A DNA stretch of 64,000 bases, taken from contig CM120644.1 in NCBI GenBank assembly GCA_051362555.1, forward strand, positions 2,364,954-2,428,953, in the 5' to 3' direction. The notes beneath the pieces were generated by a model, which saw only the letters and a program-made list of their open reading frames with translations, was not told where the DNA came from and ran no database searches. Each line of letters starts with the position of its first letter. Position 1 is the first letter of the stretch. Positions 63,412-64,000 of the stretch are shown here, in pieces. The stretch is from Lingula anatina (Eukaryota > Animalia > Brachiopoda). The position numbers and the translations under genes are program-made.

Positions 63412-64000
63412 GAATTCTGTGCTCTTCCCGTGGGCGTTTCGATAGATGACAGGTTTGAAAATCCTTTCGGTTGACACGCCCCATCTGGGTGGATCTAGAC
63501 AATTGTCTCTAACATTTGATACGCTACCACGTTGCACCCGTCACTAAGGGCTAATTCCTACTGAGACTATCGTTCTAAGCACATCGATCCAGCTTTGCGG
63601 GGACTCAAGGTGAATGCAATCAGGTCAACAAATGAACACGCCCACTCTTGAAATCAACGTGGTCGTAGAATCCCCAGCTTTTCTGTTCTGCTCGGCGCCG
63701 GGAGGTAAGCTGTTGATCTGCTTTCATTCAGCGAGACCCCCTGCGGAGTTGGATCGATCCACGTAGACCGACAGTTTCATTGGATATGCCCCTACATTGT
63801 GTAAAGGTAAATTAAAAATCTGGAAACTTGTCAACGGAGGTAGTCTTTGACGTTTCAGAGAAAATTACCTAAAATTTCAGGCTATAAACAATTTAGTTTT
63901 ATTATTTGACCTTTAAGATTTGCAGGCCTGAAATTAAAGTTGAAATATGATCGTGTTTTTGTCATCCCCGGCAGAATGACGCACAACTCAGCAAGAAGAG

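Larger units (their letters stand above)
53310..64000 (+). repeat. Segmental duplication, copy 2 (runs off the window end)
   Basis: Colinear with 27951-41062; the last bases cagcaagaagag match 41052-41063. Confidence 0.95.

Overview
AT-rich, intron-containing animal genomic DNA; the gene and repeat content suggests an invertebrate, probably a lophotrochozoan (inference). All recognisable genes are on the minus strand. (1) An intronless GT10 alpha-1,3-fucosyltransferase broken by one in-frame TAA. (2) Two tandem 5-exon METTL27/WBSCR27-like SAM methyltransferases, one intact (218 aa) and one with a damaged last exon. (3) A hillarin-like transglutaminase-domain gene fragment with two frameshifts. 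(4) An unannotated 3-exon gene for a 165-aa probably secreted orphan protein, invisible as a unit in the ORF track and present twice because ~28-41 kb is duplicated at ~53.3-64 kb; the downstream copy is intact and the upstream copy has lost its exon-3 splice acceptor. The intergenic DNA is dense with mobile elements: a Ginger1-type element (TGT...ACA, CCGG flanks) containing an Academ-type element (TAG...CTA, AGA TSD) with further insertions inside, Helentron/HINE elements (one carrying a ~145-bp satellite), a solo LTR with its empty site visible in the paralog, Kolobok-, Harbinger- and hAT-like MITEs, and Tc1 and LINE relics. A family of 170-270-bp hairpin cassettes with non-complementary outer ends stacks end-to-end in clusters. 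Family assignments come from motifs and terminal structure recognised by eye; no database search was run.
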